DNA of 63,019 bases, filler included, from Octopus bimaculoides (GCF_001194135.2; 7 parts of 7 records of this genome joined end to end with filler, not necessarily neighbours in it), one strand, 5' to 3'; counted from the whole stretch's first letter, positions 24,489 through 37,918 are shown. The notes: generated by a model from the letters alone, not told the origin. Made by a program: numbers and translations.

Positions 24489-26726
24489 ACATCTTCCACT
24501 ATGAGCTCTAATTCCCATTTAACAATGCTAGTTAATCCCTACTCGTATGTAGTTACAAATAATTTCATAAGGAACTTCACTTTTCCTTGCTAAAATAACT
24601 CATTATGAGATATAAACACAAATTACGCAATACTTTTCTCTATTACAAATCCTAATTTCTCTAAAACAATTCCTGTCACTCTCACTTCATTTATAGTTAT
24701 TGAACATTTCATAAAGAATCTCACCTCCCCTTGCCTCTAGGTCCACACTCTATATGCTTAACATAAATTAGTGCAATAATGATATTCCATGGTATATTTT
24801 TCCACCTAATTTTATTAACTAGTATATCAAACTCTGGAATTCTACATAACTCTTTTATGTTACTAAAACTGGTAATATGAGAATTTGGTTGAGCCTAGTA
24901 CATTTCCCTACCTTTTCACTCTTGACAGCTCACTTATTGCTCTGGTTACTTTCCAATTCCTCTGAGTATTATGTTATATCCTAACTCTTGCCACCTATAT
25001 ATTTTCATGTTTCTTTTTTCTATAAGTGCTTTTTTGTGCATATGAACTTATGCATCTTTATACACCTAACTTTTGTTTACCTATCTCATTTCAACTTTTT
25101 GTCACACAATTTCTCATCTCTGCCATTAATTATCTTCTACTTTACATATATACTTGATATTATTCCATTATTTTAATATCATACAATAGTATTAATTTGT
25201 GAAGATTTATATCTAAGTGTGTATGTATCTGTACTGATATTTAATTCTTTTTTTTTTAGTGAGTTTTTTTTTGTTTTTTAGTAGACATATATTTGTATGT
25301 TTGGCCATGTGTATATCTAGGAACATGTAAGTTTATATATTTATATGTACATAATCATGCATATGTATATATATATATATATGCATGAATATTTATATAT
25401 ATATATATATATATATGAAAGAAGTGGCAATAGCTGTGGAAACTACTTGAGTTTATCATGATTAAAGTTTAGTTCATATTCAAGCAAAAAGGAGTGGAGT
25501 AAATTTATAAACAAAAAATGAATTAGATGAGAAAATTTCAGAGTTGGAGAAGAAAGTTTAGTGCATAATTGTGATGACATAAAGAAGACACTGTATGTGA
25601 GTCCAGTCTTGATACATGGAGAATGTAGAATCTACCCAGCTTAGGTGAAAGCTCTTCAAGTTGGAGCAGTATGTTTTTCACAAAGTGAGTGTTATTGTTG
25701 TATATTTAATTTTATTCAACACATAAGGAGTGATTCATTTATTTCATCAATGAATATGGTTTGTTTAGACAGTACAGGAGTCAAGATACAAAGTTAAGTT
25801 ATCTAGATTACTGACATTCATTTTGAACCTTTATTACAGCAGTCATATTCCTACAAGGCATGCACAAATACTACTTATCCTAGTCCTATTGTCAGAAGGT
25901 GTCACTCAACTTCAGAGTTGATGAATTGATGGTATTATAAGGGTTAGATATTCAGCTGTATAAGTATCTATGGCCTTCACCAGCCAGGGTTGACTATGTA
26001 ACTGTACCTGTATGCACAGGCCTGGACAAGGGCTTTAGAAGACTGACATTTGTTCATGCATGCAAGCCTCCCCACTTGACACCACCAATGACATCCAAGA
26101 AAAAGACCACTGCCTCAGAACCACCACAACTTGACATAAGTATTGGTACAGGCATTGCTTTCAGAACACAAAAAAAGCTGGAACAAAATGCAAAGAACTG
26201 GAACATGAGGCATCTTGCCCAACACCAACAATCGTGCCAATTACCACCCTGGATTGGTATTTTTTTTTATTGAGTGAAAAGGATGAAAGATAAAGATGAC
26301 CTCAGTAGGGTTTGAACTCAGAACACATATTTAGAATAAATACTATGAGGCATTCTACCCATCTAACAATTTTGCCAATTCAAGACCAAATAAGTAAGTA
26401 ATTACTCCAACAATATACAAATATCCAAATTGAGATGTTTGAATATGTAAGATATAAAAGCCAATTAATAAATCCTGAGTTCAAATCATATTGCAATGAA
26501 TGTCTCAGCAGATTCAATTAATTCCACAGTGATTCAGATTGGCTAACTATTGGTAACAGGTACTGGGTCAATGTAAAACTGAAACTTGTGACAGACTAGT
26601 ATGTTATTAAAGGAGGGAAGAGGAGAAGAAAAGAAGAAAATTGTGTGTCACTATCCACACCACAAAGCCAGAAGTAAACAGTAACCTTCAAAAGTACATC
26701 AAGGAATAGGAAACAGATTTACACAT

Positions 26727-27140
26727 ACTCTCTTTTTACTCTTTTACTCTTTTACTTGTTTCAGTCATTTGACTGTGGCCATGCTGGAGCCCCGCCTTTA
26801 GTCGAGCAAATCGACCCCAGGACTTATTCTTTGGAAGCCTAGTACTTATTCTATCGGTCTCTTTTGCTGAACCGCTAAGTTACGGGGACGTAAACACACC
26901 AGCATCGGTTGTCAAGCGATGTTGGGGGAACAAATGCAGACACACATACACACACATATATATATATATATACATATATACGATGAGCTTCTTTCAGTTT
27001 CCGTCTACTAAATCCACTCACAAGGCTTTGGTCGGCCCGAGGCTATAGTAGAAGACACTTGCCCAAGGTGCCACGCAGTGGGACTAAACCCAGAACCATG
27101 TGGTTGATAAGCAAGCTACTTACCACACAGCCACTCCTAA
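26727..27140 (-). mobile_element. tRNA-derived SINE, family 1
   Basis: Full-length copy with (ttttactc)n tail; CpGs largely retained. Confidence 0.92.
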
Positions 27141-27264
27141 CTGCAAAAAAAAAAAAAAGTCCAAACATCCAAACTAGGATAGCACAGATGAGTGCCAAAA
27201 TTGTTTACAAGAGAAACAAAGGTACAAAATCTTGAAAGAAAATAAAAATTGAAAGAAAACTTAC

Positions 27265-27433
27265 ATGTTCACAATGAATGGATGGTGAATGGATTCTAGG
27301 ATTTCACGTTCACTTTTAACATGTTCAGTTTGTTTCAACCGCACAACTGCAGCAATAGACATCATCTTCAGTGCATAATATTCTTTGGTGTCTTTGTGAC
27401 GCACTAAAACAACACGACCAAACGAACCAGCAC
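27265..27433 (-). CDS. PRKX: Internal exon of a PRKX / PKA-C3-like cAMP-dependent protein kinase (subdomains I-IV)
   Basis: Acceptor tttacctttctcatctgcag, donor AT|gtaagt, 169 bp. Encodes GAGSFGRVVLVRHKDTKEYYALKMMSIAAVVRLKQTEHVKSEREILESIHHPFIVN (GxGxFG, ALK, RLKQxEHV). The MSI..V.RLKQ segment is closer to PRKX than to PKA-Calpha. No other kinase exons found in the window. Confidence 0.9.
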
Positions 27434-27466
27434 CTGCAGATGAGAAAGGTAAACATCAAACTTTAT

Positions 27467-29050
27467 GTATGTATGTATGTATGTATGTATGTATGTATGT
27501 ATGTATGCTTGTATGTCATTATTTAGTTTTATTTCAAGATTTCTTGCCAACAGAGAAAGAACCGTTTCTAACCTAAACCCAAGGCTTCTTCACTAGAATT
27601 TCAACAACATCAACAGGGTATTTTTGCATGTGAGTGTGTCAGTGGATTAGGGCCGTTGCTAAGCCCATGCAACCCTTGCAGTCCTCCGCAGTTGAGGGGT
27701 CCCTAAGATCAAAGTACATATATGAGTCATCTATTTACTTTGGTTAAGAAGTTAACTGAAAATTTCAAGCCAGACGAGGAAAATATATGAGGGTGTACCG
27801 TAAATGAATTTAAAATTTAAAAAGTAAATGAATAAAGCTTGACAATGAATTCCCTAGGGAGGTAAAAGAAAAATGAAAGAAATCCCCAAAAAGAAAATAA
27901 GAACAACTTCAAAAGAAAAGACAAGAAAAAAGTGGGGATGTATACTAATACTTACATACAAACATACACACACAGGCATACGTATGGAAAGGGTGAATTT
28001 CCAAGGTTCCACCCTGCCCCCTCCATTTTCCACAGAAAAAATGCTTTTCCCACACATTATGAGGTCAATTAAGACGATTTCAACAAAAAAATGCTGGAGA
28101 CAGGGGAATTTCCAAGGTCACCCCCCACCTCCATTTTCCATGGAAAAAATGCATTTCTGACAGCTTACAAGGTCAACTAAGATGATTGCACANNNNNNNN
28201 NNNNNNNNNNNNNNNNNNNNNNNNNNNNNNNNNNNNNNNNNNNNNNNNNNNNNNNNNNNNNNNNNNNNNNNNNNNNNNNNNNNNNNNNNNNNNNNNNNNN
28301 NNNNNNNNNNNNNNNNNNNNNNNNNNNNNNNNNNNNNNNNNNNNNNNNNNNNNNNNNNNNNNNNNNNNNNNNNNNNNNNNNNNNNNNNNNNNNNNNNNNN
28401 NNNNNNNNNNNNNNNNNNNNNNNNNNNNNNNNNNNNNNNNNNNNNNNNNNNNNNNNNNNNNNNNNNNNNNNNNNNNNNNNNNNNNNNNNNNNNNNNNNNN
28501 NNNNNNNNNNNNNNNNNNNNNNNNNNNNNNNNNNNNNNNNNNNNNNNNNNNNNNNNNNNNNNNNNNNNNNNNNNNNNNNNNNNNNNNNNNNNNNNNNNNN
28601 NNNNNNNNNNNNNNNNNNNNNNNNNNNNNNNNNNNNNNNNNNNNNNNNNNNNNNNNNNNNNNNNNNNNNGCACTAAAAGTCATACAACAGCCCTGCGGTG
28701 CATGTGCAGGTTTGTATGTTTTGTTTTATGTATGTTAGTTGCATGTCATGCATATATATACTTAAATGATAAAAATCTGGAAAGTTTTACAAATTGTTAC
28801 AGTTCCAGTGATGGCTTAGGTCTGTAGTCTTCAAATCAGCTTTCTCCTTTCTGGTTCTGATAAGCCTAATTTCTCGAGATTGGTACTTAGGCAGTGTGTT
28901 ACATATTCCAGTGCCCCAATAATTAGCAATATAAACCTGAACTTATAATCTGGGTAGATATCTCAATAGTTCAGTGTAGATATCTTCTTTTTCATTGATT
29001 TTTATGTTAACATCCACTAGGCAGCTTGTATGTATGTATGTATGTATGTA
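27467..29050 (-). mobile_element. 5'-truncated copy of the 5882-9030 R4/Dong family, flanked by (CATA)n and interrupted by other repeats and a gap
   Basis: 28704-29005 is the reverse complement of about 8540-8865 (VDVNIKINEKEDIYTELLRYL...IIGAL). 27518-27710 matches the 3' UTR at about 8925-9030. Confidence 0.75.
27995..28192 (+). repeat. ~111-bp tandem repeat running into an assembly gap
   Basis: gaatttccaagg...ctccattttcca...aaaaaatgc...aggtcaa.taaga begins at about 27995 and again at about 28106. Confidence 0.8.
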
Positions 29051-29396
29051 TGGATGGATGGATGGATGGATGGATATATGGATGCATGCATGCATGCATG
29101 GATGCATGCAGGCATGTGCAACAAACTTGATACCATGAGCAGGCTTGAAATTAGATTTGTACATATTACCAGCTGCCTTCAGAGCACCAAGCCTGACAAT
29201 TTGAAGAACTTTGCCAGCATCTATTTCCTAAAACTATGACGTTTCTGATCCTTTCCAAATGAAATATTTATAGTAAAAATAGTTCCCTGACTGCAGAAGC
29301 AATAATATTACAAATCAGTGAATAAAAGATTCTATTCTAATAGGAAAAAGACACAAGCCCACAATTAACAACTGGTTTGAATTAATGAGCAACAAT

Positions 29397-29778
29397 GTTG
29401 TTGGCACTCCATCGCATACGACGTCGAGGGTTCCAGTTCATCCGATCAACGGAACAGCCTGCTCGTGAAATTAACATGCAAGTGGATGAGCACTCCACAG
29501 ACACGTGTACCCTTAATGTAGTTCTTGGGGATATTCAGTGTGACACTGTGACAAGGCTGACCCTTTGAATTACAGGCACAACAGAAACAAGAAGTAAGAG
29601 TGAGAGAAAGTTGTGGTGGAAGAGTACACCAGGGCTCACACCATCCCCTGCTGGAGCCTCGTGGAGCTTTAGGTGTTTTCACACAATAAACACTCACAAC
29701 GCCCGGTCTGGGAATCGAAACCGCGATCCTATGACCGCGAGTCCGTTGCCCTAACCACTGGGCCATTGCGCCTCCACT
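29397..29778 (-). mobile_element. tRNA-derived SINE, family 2, with 12-bp TSD
   Basis: TSD atgagcaacaat at 29385-29396 and 29779-29790; head ggaggcgcaatggcccagtggttagggc with B-box ggtttcgattccc. Confidence 0.93.
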
Positions 29779-30307
29779 ATGAGCAACAATAGATATAAAT
29801 GAATATCATTACTCAAAAAACCTGACCCAACTCCTCCTCACAAAAAGGCCTCACTCCACCCAGATATTTAGACAATGAAACACAATACACAGCCCTGAAT
29901 TTCTACACTTTGACTGATTCAAAATATTTTTAGATATTTAAATATCACAAAAAAGGATTCAACACACCAGCACAAAGCAAATTCATACGACTCTCTCACA
30001 TTTCAGTTTCTAAAGAAGTCATTAACTAAAAAATGTCAGAATAAAATATTTCCAAGATATCATCTGAATATATTTGCTATTTTTGACATTTATGTTCTGT
30101 GAGCAATGTTATCAAATACATTGATTTTCGATATATTTCTCAATACCTCAGACAAATTACAACGCATACACACACATTTATATATATATAAGAGAAAGCT
30201 GTTATGAAGCTCAACAAGACGTGGTAGTACACCGGAAACTGTCAAACCATCTAACCCATGGCATCATGGAAAACGAATGTCAAATATTAGTGTTGATTAA
30301 AAATATT

Positions 30308-30347
<40 letters not shown>

Positions 30348-30546
30348 NNNNNNNNNNNNNNNNNNNNNNNNNNNNNNNNNNNNNNNNNNNNNNNNNNNNN
30401 NNNNNNNNNNNNNNNNNNNNNNNNNNNNNNNNNNNNNNNNNNNNNNNNNNNNNNNNNNNNNNNNNNNNNNNNNNNNNNNNNNNNNNNNNNNNNNNNNNNN
30501 NNNNNNNNNNNNNNNNNNNNNNNNNNNNNNNNNNNNNNNNNNNNNN

Positions 30547-30602
<56 letters not shown>

Positions 30603-31154
30603 CACAATGGTCCAGTGGTTAGGGCAGTGGACTCACGGTCAGAGGATTGTGGTTTCATCTGTTTATGTTATGAGTTCAAATTCTGCAGAGCCTTTCTTCT
30701 TTTTGGAGTCAATGAAATAAGTACCATTTGAACATTGGGGTTCAATGTAATTGACTTACTACCACCCTAAAACAAAATTGTTGGCCTTGTGCCAAAATTT
30801 GAAACCAATATTTACCTGTTCATCACTGTTTCTTGAGGAACTCTAAGTAGCCTCTCTCAGAACCTTGGGGTTCCAGTGGAGGGACAGAATCCAGGTTGGG
30901 AAACACCCTATAATGTGTAAGCATTAACTTGGATATAAACTACAATAACAGGTATTTCACCACTTTCCAAAGCACCTTATTTAGTACACCACCACTACCA
31001 CAGACAATTATTATGTTAACACTACCTCCTCCACAGTCAGCTTCTATACCACCCACCGCACCATAAGCAGTTACTCAAACACAAACAAAATGTCAAATTA
31101 TCCTGCTTCCATAGTGTTGTAACATGTGTTTACAGAAAACTGGCAGCACATTCC

Positions 31155-31181
31155 AGGTTCAGTTTCACAATTGGCACCACC

Positions 31182-31231
<50 letters not shown>

Positions 31232-31272
31232 CACCACCACCACCATCACCACCACCACCACCACCACCACTA
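31155..31272 (+). repeat. Compound (CAC)n/(TAC)n microsatellite
   Basis: Directly visible. Confidence 0.95.
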
Positions 31273-32140
31273 TTTTACTACTGCTAAATTTACAATCATT
31301 GCAATTGTTGCTACATTTTCATACCCTCCTACCCTACAAAGTCTACTTTTGGAAATCTGTTTCGCTTCTTTCCAAGTAGTTTGACAATATTGTGACACAT
31401 ATATCTTAACACTCTTACGATTGTGCATGTGTGAGTTAATTGTGTAGTGGTAGTATATGTGGGGAGGGGGAGAGTATGCATATAAGATTGTGCATCATTC
31501 TCTTTCTTAATATAAAAGAAATCAAGTGGATGTGTAAGTTAGCTTGTGCATGCTGATAGATAAATACACATATATGTATATTGAAATATGTATGAGTATG
31601 TGTCACGTACAAGATGAAAGGATAACATAACCAGGATTTAAAGGCTCCATGTAATCTACCTTATGGCCATCGACCAAAAAATACATACAACCTTAAGATT
31701 GATTCCACAAAGCTTTAAATTTCAGACATGTAATCTTGTTTACCTTGTATATGACCAACATTTATTCAACACTACACACTAGCACAATGGAGCACTAAGC
31801 TTATGTTTTTCTATCACAAACAAAAAAATATAAAGGTGTCTACTCTTTTATGTCTACTCTTTCCAAGCAAATATTGATCAGATGAAACTTTTTGAGGCAA
31901 TATTTTTGGCCTTCTAATCCCCAATCCCTACTGGTTTCTTCAAAGATCCAAGAATCCAGGTGTAGAAGTCAGGAAGCTTCGAGCAGTCTGTAGAAGGTAT
32001 AAAAAAACAACTTTCAGGAACAATAATGGTTTATTGATGTAGAAGGTTGTAAATTCTTCCCATATCAAAGATCAATAAGCTAAAAAAAGTTATTTTATAG
32101 TTCACAGTTAGCAACTGGGGTTGTGTGTATGCGAATAAAA

Positions 32141-32467
32141 ATCCAAATTGAGGGAATGGGATAGGTAAAATCCAGGCTGCATATGTTTCCTAGCTAGCAT
32201 AACCTCAGGAGTAGCAATTACTCAATAAGGGGTACTCCACTAGCTACTCAACAGGCATATTTTTGATCAAACCTGTGAGTTAACATGGGATGCCCCCTTG
32301 ATGACAACATAACCTTCATTTGACCAAGGTATCTTTGATTTGAGGAGTACTAGTTGAGTACCCTACATTGAGTAATTACTACCCCTAAGGTTCTGCTAGC
32401 TAGGAACATATATAACTTGGATTTTGCCTAAATGTAACTTGGATTTTACCATTCCCTAAATTTGGAT
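32141..32467. mobile_element. MITE-like element with ~110-bp imperfect inverted repeats
   Basis: Left atccaaattgagggaatgg..tcctagctagcataacctcaggagtagcaattactcaat pairs with right attgagtaattactacccctaaggttctgctagctagga..ccattccctaaatttggat. Confidence 0.75.
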
Positions 32468-33061
32468 ATGCATATATATATATATATANNNNNNNNNNNN
32501 NNNNNNNNNNNNNNNNNNNNNNNNNNNNNNNNNNNNNNNNNNNNNNNNNNNNNNNNNNNNNNNNNNNNNNNNNNNNNNNNNNNNNNNNNNNNNNNNNNNN
32601 NNNNNNNNNNNNNNNNNNNNNNNNNNNNNNNNNNNNNNNNNNNNNNNNNNNNNNNNNNNNNNNNNNNNNNNNNNNNNNNNNNNNNNNNNNNNNNNNNNNN
32701 NNNNNNNNNNNNNNNNNNNNNNNNNNNNNNNNNNNNNNNNNNNNNNNNNNNNNNNNNNNNNNNNNNNNNNNNNNNNNNNNNNNNNNNNNNNNNNNNNNNN
32801 NNNNNNNNNNNNNNNNNNNNNNNNNNNNNNNNNNNNNNNNNNNNNNNNNNNNNNNNNNNNNNNNNNNNNNNNNNNNNNNNNNNNNNNNNNNNNNNNNNAA
32901 CCATAAGAAACTATTTTTAATTTTAATCTAAAGCAATTTGAAGGTTATAACCTCCTGACAGAACAAGTAGGTTCAACATGCAAAGTATGAAGATTTTAAC
33001 CTAGTTGAAAGTCATTTGGCCTCTGTGCAATCTGAACCACACATACTCTCTCAGTCAAATT

Positions 33062-33276
33062 GTTTACTCTTTTACTCTTGTACTTGTTTCAGTCATTTGA
33101 CTGTGGCCATGCTGGAGCACCACCTTTAGTCGAGAAAATCAACCCCAGGATTTATTCTTTGTAAGCCTAGTACTTATTCTATCGGTCTCTTTTTGCCGAA
33201 CAGCTAAGTTACAGAGGCGTAAACGCACCAGCATCAGTTGTCAAGCGATGTTGGGGGAACAAACACAGACACACAA

Positions 33277-33308
<32 letters not shown>

Positions 33309-33480
33309 TTACATATATACGATGGGCTTCTTTCAGTTTCTGTCTACCAAATCTACTCACAAGGCTTTGGTCGGCCCGAGGCTATAGTAGAAGACACTTG
33401 CCCAAAGTGCCACACAGTGGGACTGAACCTGGAACCATGTGGTTGGTAAGCAAGCTACTTACCACACAGCCACTCCTGTG
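33062..33480 (-). mobile_element. tRNA-derived SINE, family 1
   Basis: Full-length match to the 26727 copy. Confidence 0.92.
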
Positions 33481-34938
33481 CCTTACATATATAAAAATTT
33501 AGAAATAGTTTCTAATTCATATGCTATGTGGTATATAACTAAAGTCTGACCAATGGAAGAAACTGAAGAGCCTTGATGTAATCTAGGATTTTCTTTTAAT
33601 ATTTATTGACTTCAGTTGAATTACTGTGTAACATGATTTTTGCCTTTGGGTAGCAACTGTTATTTTCTATTTGCTTACCCCTAGAAAGTATGAATAAGGA
33701 CTAATATTTGCATTTGTTACATTTATTCAAACCCCAAAGAATCTCTCTCAACACATAGCTATGATGCTTCTCCACTACATCTGCTCATGATCAGAGATGC
33801 ACATATTGTCAGCCTCTAAGGGATATGCTCAAGTAGTAAAGGTCAAGCAACTGACAACCAAGTCTGTGATTTTGAGCAGAATATTTGCTTTAATGGTATT
33901 TCTGTCTCAGCAACCCAGTGCTGAATTTATCCAAAATATAATGGAAAATAGGTCAGTTTCAAAACATTGATGTCCAGGTCACAAAAGCAAGTAGAAAATA
34001 ACACTTAGTGGCCATATACAGTGTATATTCTAAATCAGCTTTGACCAAAATTAAAGTCAAAACTGGCACAATGAATTATTACATATGCTATCACTAGCAT
34101 GCTGTCCAACTGCTGTTCTGTGCTTACCAGGAATTTTCCTAATGAGTATCTACTTACTTAGCATTCTATACTTGCTTATTATTCAAATTTTACTTAACAG
34201 TTGTTCAACTGCTGGTTCAGGAATATTTCATTTAGACTACAATTCTGAGTTGTATTATCTCTATTGTATAGTATGTTCTCTCAGAAAAGTAGAACATATG
34301 AGTTTCAATTCTGCAGGCTAATACAAGCAAAATAAACAGAGGTCTTTTATAAATTTTATAAACTAGTTACTTATTCAATATTCATTTCTCTTCATAACAC
34401 ATAAATTTATTCTATTTTATGAACTTTATTCAATTGATTTTTCCAAACACAGATATTCACCAGTCTTGCTGGATTCTGGTATTTTACTTTGCTCTTATTG
34501 TCATGAAAGATTTAGAATCTTGACCTGTAATTCATATACTTGATTTTGTGGCTTAATCTGGTGTCATTTATTTTGTGGGGGTCACAAACTACCTTTTTTC
34601 CTTTTCATTTATCGTATTCAAAATTGCTCCTCAGAATGAATTCATCTTCTTTTTCCCTGGCAATATTTTTCTAATTTGATAAATAAATAATTGATCCTGA
34701 ATTGAGGAGTTAAAATATCTGACACTCCTCACTTGTGATCTCTTTAAAACCAACACGCTGTTTTTATTTACCTCAATGAGATCTTATTACAATTACAAGT
34801 GAGTCTGCTATGAATCTGGTTAAAGCAAATCTAGATGACTCAGTCTTCAGCAGTATCACAATAATAATTAAACCCAAAAAAGATATGCTTCTTTTTTAAT
34901 ATGGTTAATCTAATTTTTAAGTTAGGTTCACCAATATG

Positions 34939-35324
34939 TTGTATTGTTGGCACTCCATCGCTTACGACGTCGAGGGTTCCAGTCGATCCGATCAACGGAA
35001 CAGCCTGCTCGTGAAATTAACATGCAAGTGGATGAGCACTCCACAGACACATGTACCCTTAACGTAGTTCGGGAATATTCAGCGTGACACAGTGTGACAA
35101 GGCTGACCCTTTGAATTACAGGCACAACAGAAACAGGAAGTAAGAGTGAGAGAAAGTTGTGATGAAAGAGTACAGCAGGGTTCGCTACCATCCCCTCCCG
35201 GAGCCTTGTGGAGCTTTAGGTGTTTTCGCTCAATAAACACTCACAACGCCCGGTCTGGGAATCGAAACCGTGATCCTATGACCACGAGTCCGCTGCCCTA
35301 ACCACTGGGCCATTGTGCCTCCAC
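34939..35324 (-). mobile_element. tRNA-derived SINE, family 2, with 11-bp TSD
   Basis: TSD tcaccaatatg at 34928-34938 and 35325-35335. Confidence 0.93.
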
Positions 35325-35686
35325 TCACCAATATGACATGAATGAAAGACAAAATTACTAAATCCCTTTAAATTCAATATTTATTCTCTTGTTTTCAAAA
35401 TTAAATGAATAGCAGAATATTTCATAAGAAATGCAGTCGTGAAAGGTTTACACAACTCCTTAAACAAGAAATATTAACAAAGTTATATAGCGGTGTAAGA
35501 TAACATCTTAAAGTTTGTTACAACAGAATGAAATACAGAAACCAGAATACTAAATAGCTGCATACATACATGTATGTATGTAAGGTGAAGATATGAAGGA
35601 GAAAGAGTGAATTTGATAAGAAGTGGACAAAGATAAAAAGGAAAGTGACAAAGAGATTAGTAAATAGTGGGGGGAGGGGTAAACTT

Positions 35687-35965
35687 AATGAAAGAGAAAA
35701 AGCACTACCATAGCCATGATAGATGTTGTGGATGAGGACCTATGTCAAGATGGCATTATACAGAGCCAAAATCCTCTCCAGCATTAGAAATATCTTAACA
35801 TTACTGACAAAGATTTACTTAAAATGTTTGGTAAATCCTTGTCAGTAATGTTACATAGATATTTTTAAGGTTGGAGAGAACACTGGCTCTGTATAATGCC
35901 ATATCGACGTAGATTCCCACCCGTAGCATCTATCTTGGCTATAGTAATGCTTTTTCTCTTTTATT
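35687..35965. mobile_element. Fold-back (palindromic) MITE-like element
   Basis: Arms of about 135 bp (taatgaaagagaaaaagcactaccatagcc...acattactgacaaagatttac versus gtaaatccttgtcagtaatgt...ggctatagtaatgctttttctcttttatta) around a ~11-nt loop. Confidence 0.85.
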
Positions 35966-35984
35966 ATTATTAATGTGAGCTGGC

Positions 35985-36345
35985 AGAATTGTTAGCACAC
36001 CAGACAAAATGCTTAGTGACATTTCATTTGGCTCTTCACATTCTGTCTTCAAATATTGCTGAGCTCAGCTTTGCCTTTCATCTTTTCAGGGTCAATGGAA
36101 TAAAGTTCTGGTCAAGTACTTGGGTCAACGTAACCAACCAACCAACCCCCTCCCCTCAAAATTGCTGTCCTTGTGCCAAAATTAGAAAGAATTATTATAA
36201 AGTTGGTGAGTTGGCAGAATTGTTACTATGTCAGATAAAATGCCTAGCAGCATTTCTTCCAGCTCTTTACAGTCTGAGTTCAAATGCCGCCAAGGTCAAC
36301 TTTGCCTTTCATTCTTTCAGGGTCAATAGAATAAAGTGCTAAGAT
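35985..36345 (+). mobile_element. Two tandem old SINEs, family 3
   Basis: tgagctggcagaatt...gttcaaatgccgccaaggtcaactttgcctttca repeated twice. Confidence 0.8.
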
Positions 36346-36603
36346 CAGTACCAAGATAATTTCTTGGCTGAAAAGTTGGCTGCTCCTGTCTATGACAGTA
36401 TACAGCAATTATCTTATACAATTGACTTTCTGTCTATTCTATTTAGCTGGAATTTTCTTATCAAAGACAGAACTAGAAGAAATTCTTAATTTTTTATTTT
36501 TTATTTTTTTCCAATTCAAAGACTAGTCTACAAAGGTAGCTAAGTTAGCAAGCAGGAAAAATAACTATTTAAACAAAAACATTAGAAACAACAACTGCAA
36601 AAC

Positions 36604-36636
<33 letters not shown>

Positions 36637-37091
36637 CTGCACTCAGTAATGCAGAAAAGCATGTAATAAAAATAAGACTACTAAGAAATAGTGATAATGA
36701 TCATGATGGTGATGGTGATCATGAAGATAAGTAGGTGCAGAAGGAGACCTTAGAGTTCAACTGATACTTATATCTATGTTGAAATGATGAGAAGGAAGTC
36801 AACCTCGGTCTTATTTGGACTCAGGATATAAAAATAGGGAGGAAATGCTGCTATGCATTTTGTTTGACATGTTAAATAGTTTCAAATGTTGGCACATGGC
36901 TAGCAGTTTTAAGAGGAAGGGGTTAGTTGATTACATCAGCCCCCCAATACTTAACAGACAGTTTATTTTATCAATCCTGAAAGGATGAAAGCAAAGTCAA
37001 TCTCAGCAAGATTTCAACTCAGAATGTAAAAACCCAGGACTAATGCCATAAAGCATTTTTTTCTGACCTGCTAATGATTCTGCCAAATCAC

Positions 37092-37125
<34 letters not shown>

Positions 37126-37270
37126 TCTTTCGTTTATTGGTCACACTGACCCATATATACCTGATGTTTAATAAAAAGCATTTACGGTATATTTAGAGAT
37201 GTACAAATATAGTAATATAAAACTGAAGGATACTAAACATTATTCACGTGTACATGTGTGTGCATGTATG

Positions 37271-37330
<60 letters not shown>

Positions 37331-37533
37331 AAGAATAATAATAAATGGAGCAAAACGCATATAATCAATAATTTCCTTTAATTTCTACACATGTTTCAAA
37401 AATTATGTGCACTCTACTCCAAAGAAGTGAGAGATGCTGGTATATACACATGTAGTGACAGGTGAAATACCTCTAAGCATTTCGTCTGGCGTGCTAATGA
37501 TTCTACCAGCTCATCGCCTTAATAATAATAATG

Positions 37534-37616
<83 letters not shown>

Positions 37617-37900
37617 CACAGTAGTTGTAGGGGCATTGGGAACACTTAGCAACCAGGTTTGAGAAATTTATTAGAGGAACTGGGATTGACATGAGGGTAG
37701 AACATGGGATTGACATGAGAGTAGAACATGCTCAGAAACCTACTTTACTGGGGACAGCTAGGATTTTGAGATTGGCACTCAGATGTTAAGCGTTGAAGAA
37801 AGAGATCCTGTAAGACCCTTGACAACAGGTTGTTGTCAGCTCTTACAGAATTAGTCAGAGCAAGTGGAATTAAGAGCTCTGAGAAGTGAAATGACAAAAT
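37617..37900 (+). mobile_element. R4/Dong-like 3' end in (TAA)n
   Basis: VVVGALGTLATRFEKF...LLGTARILRL* flanked on both sides by (TAA)n; contains a 24-bp internal tandem duplication. Confidence 0.8.
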
Positions 37901-37918
37901 AATTATAATAATAATAAT

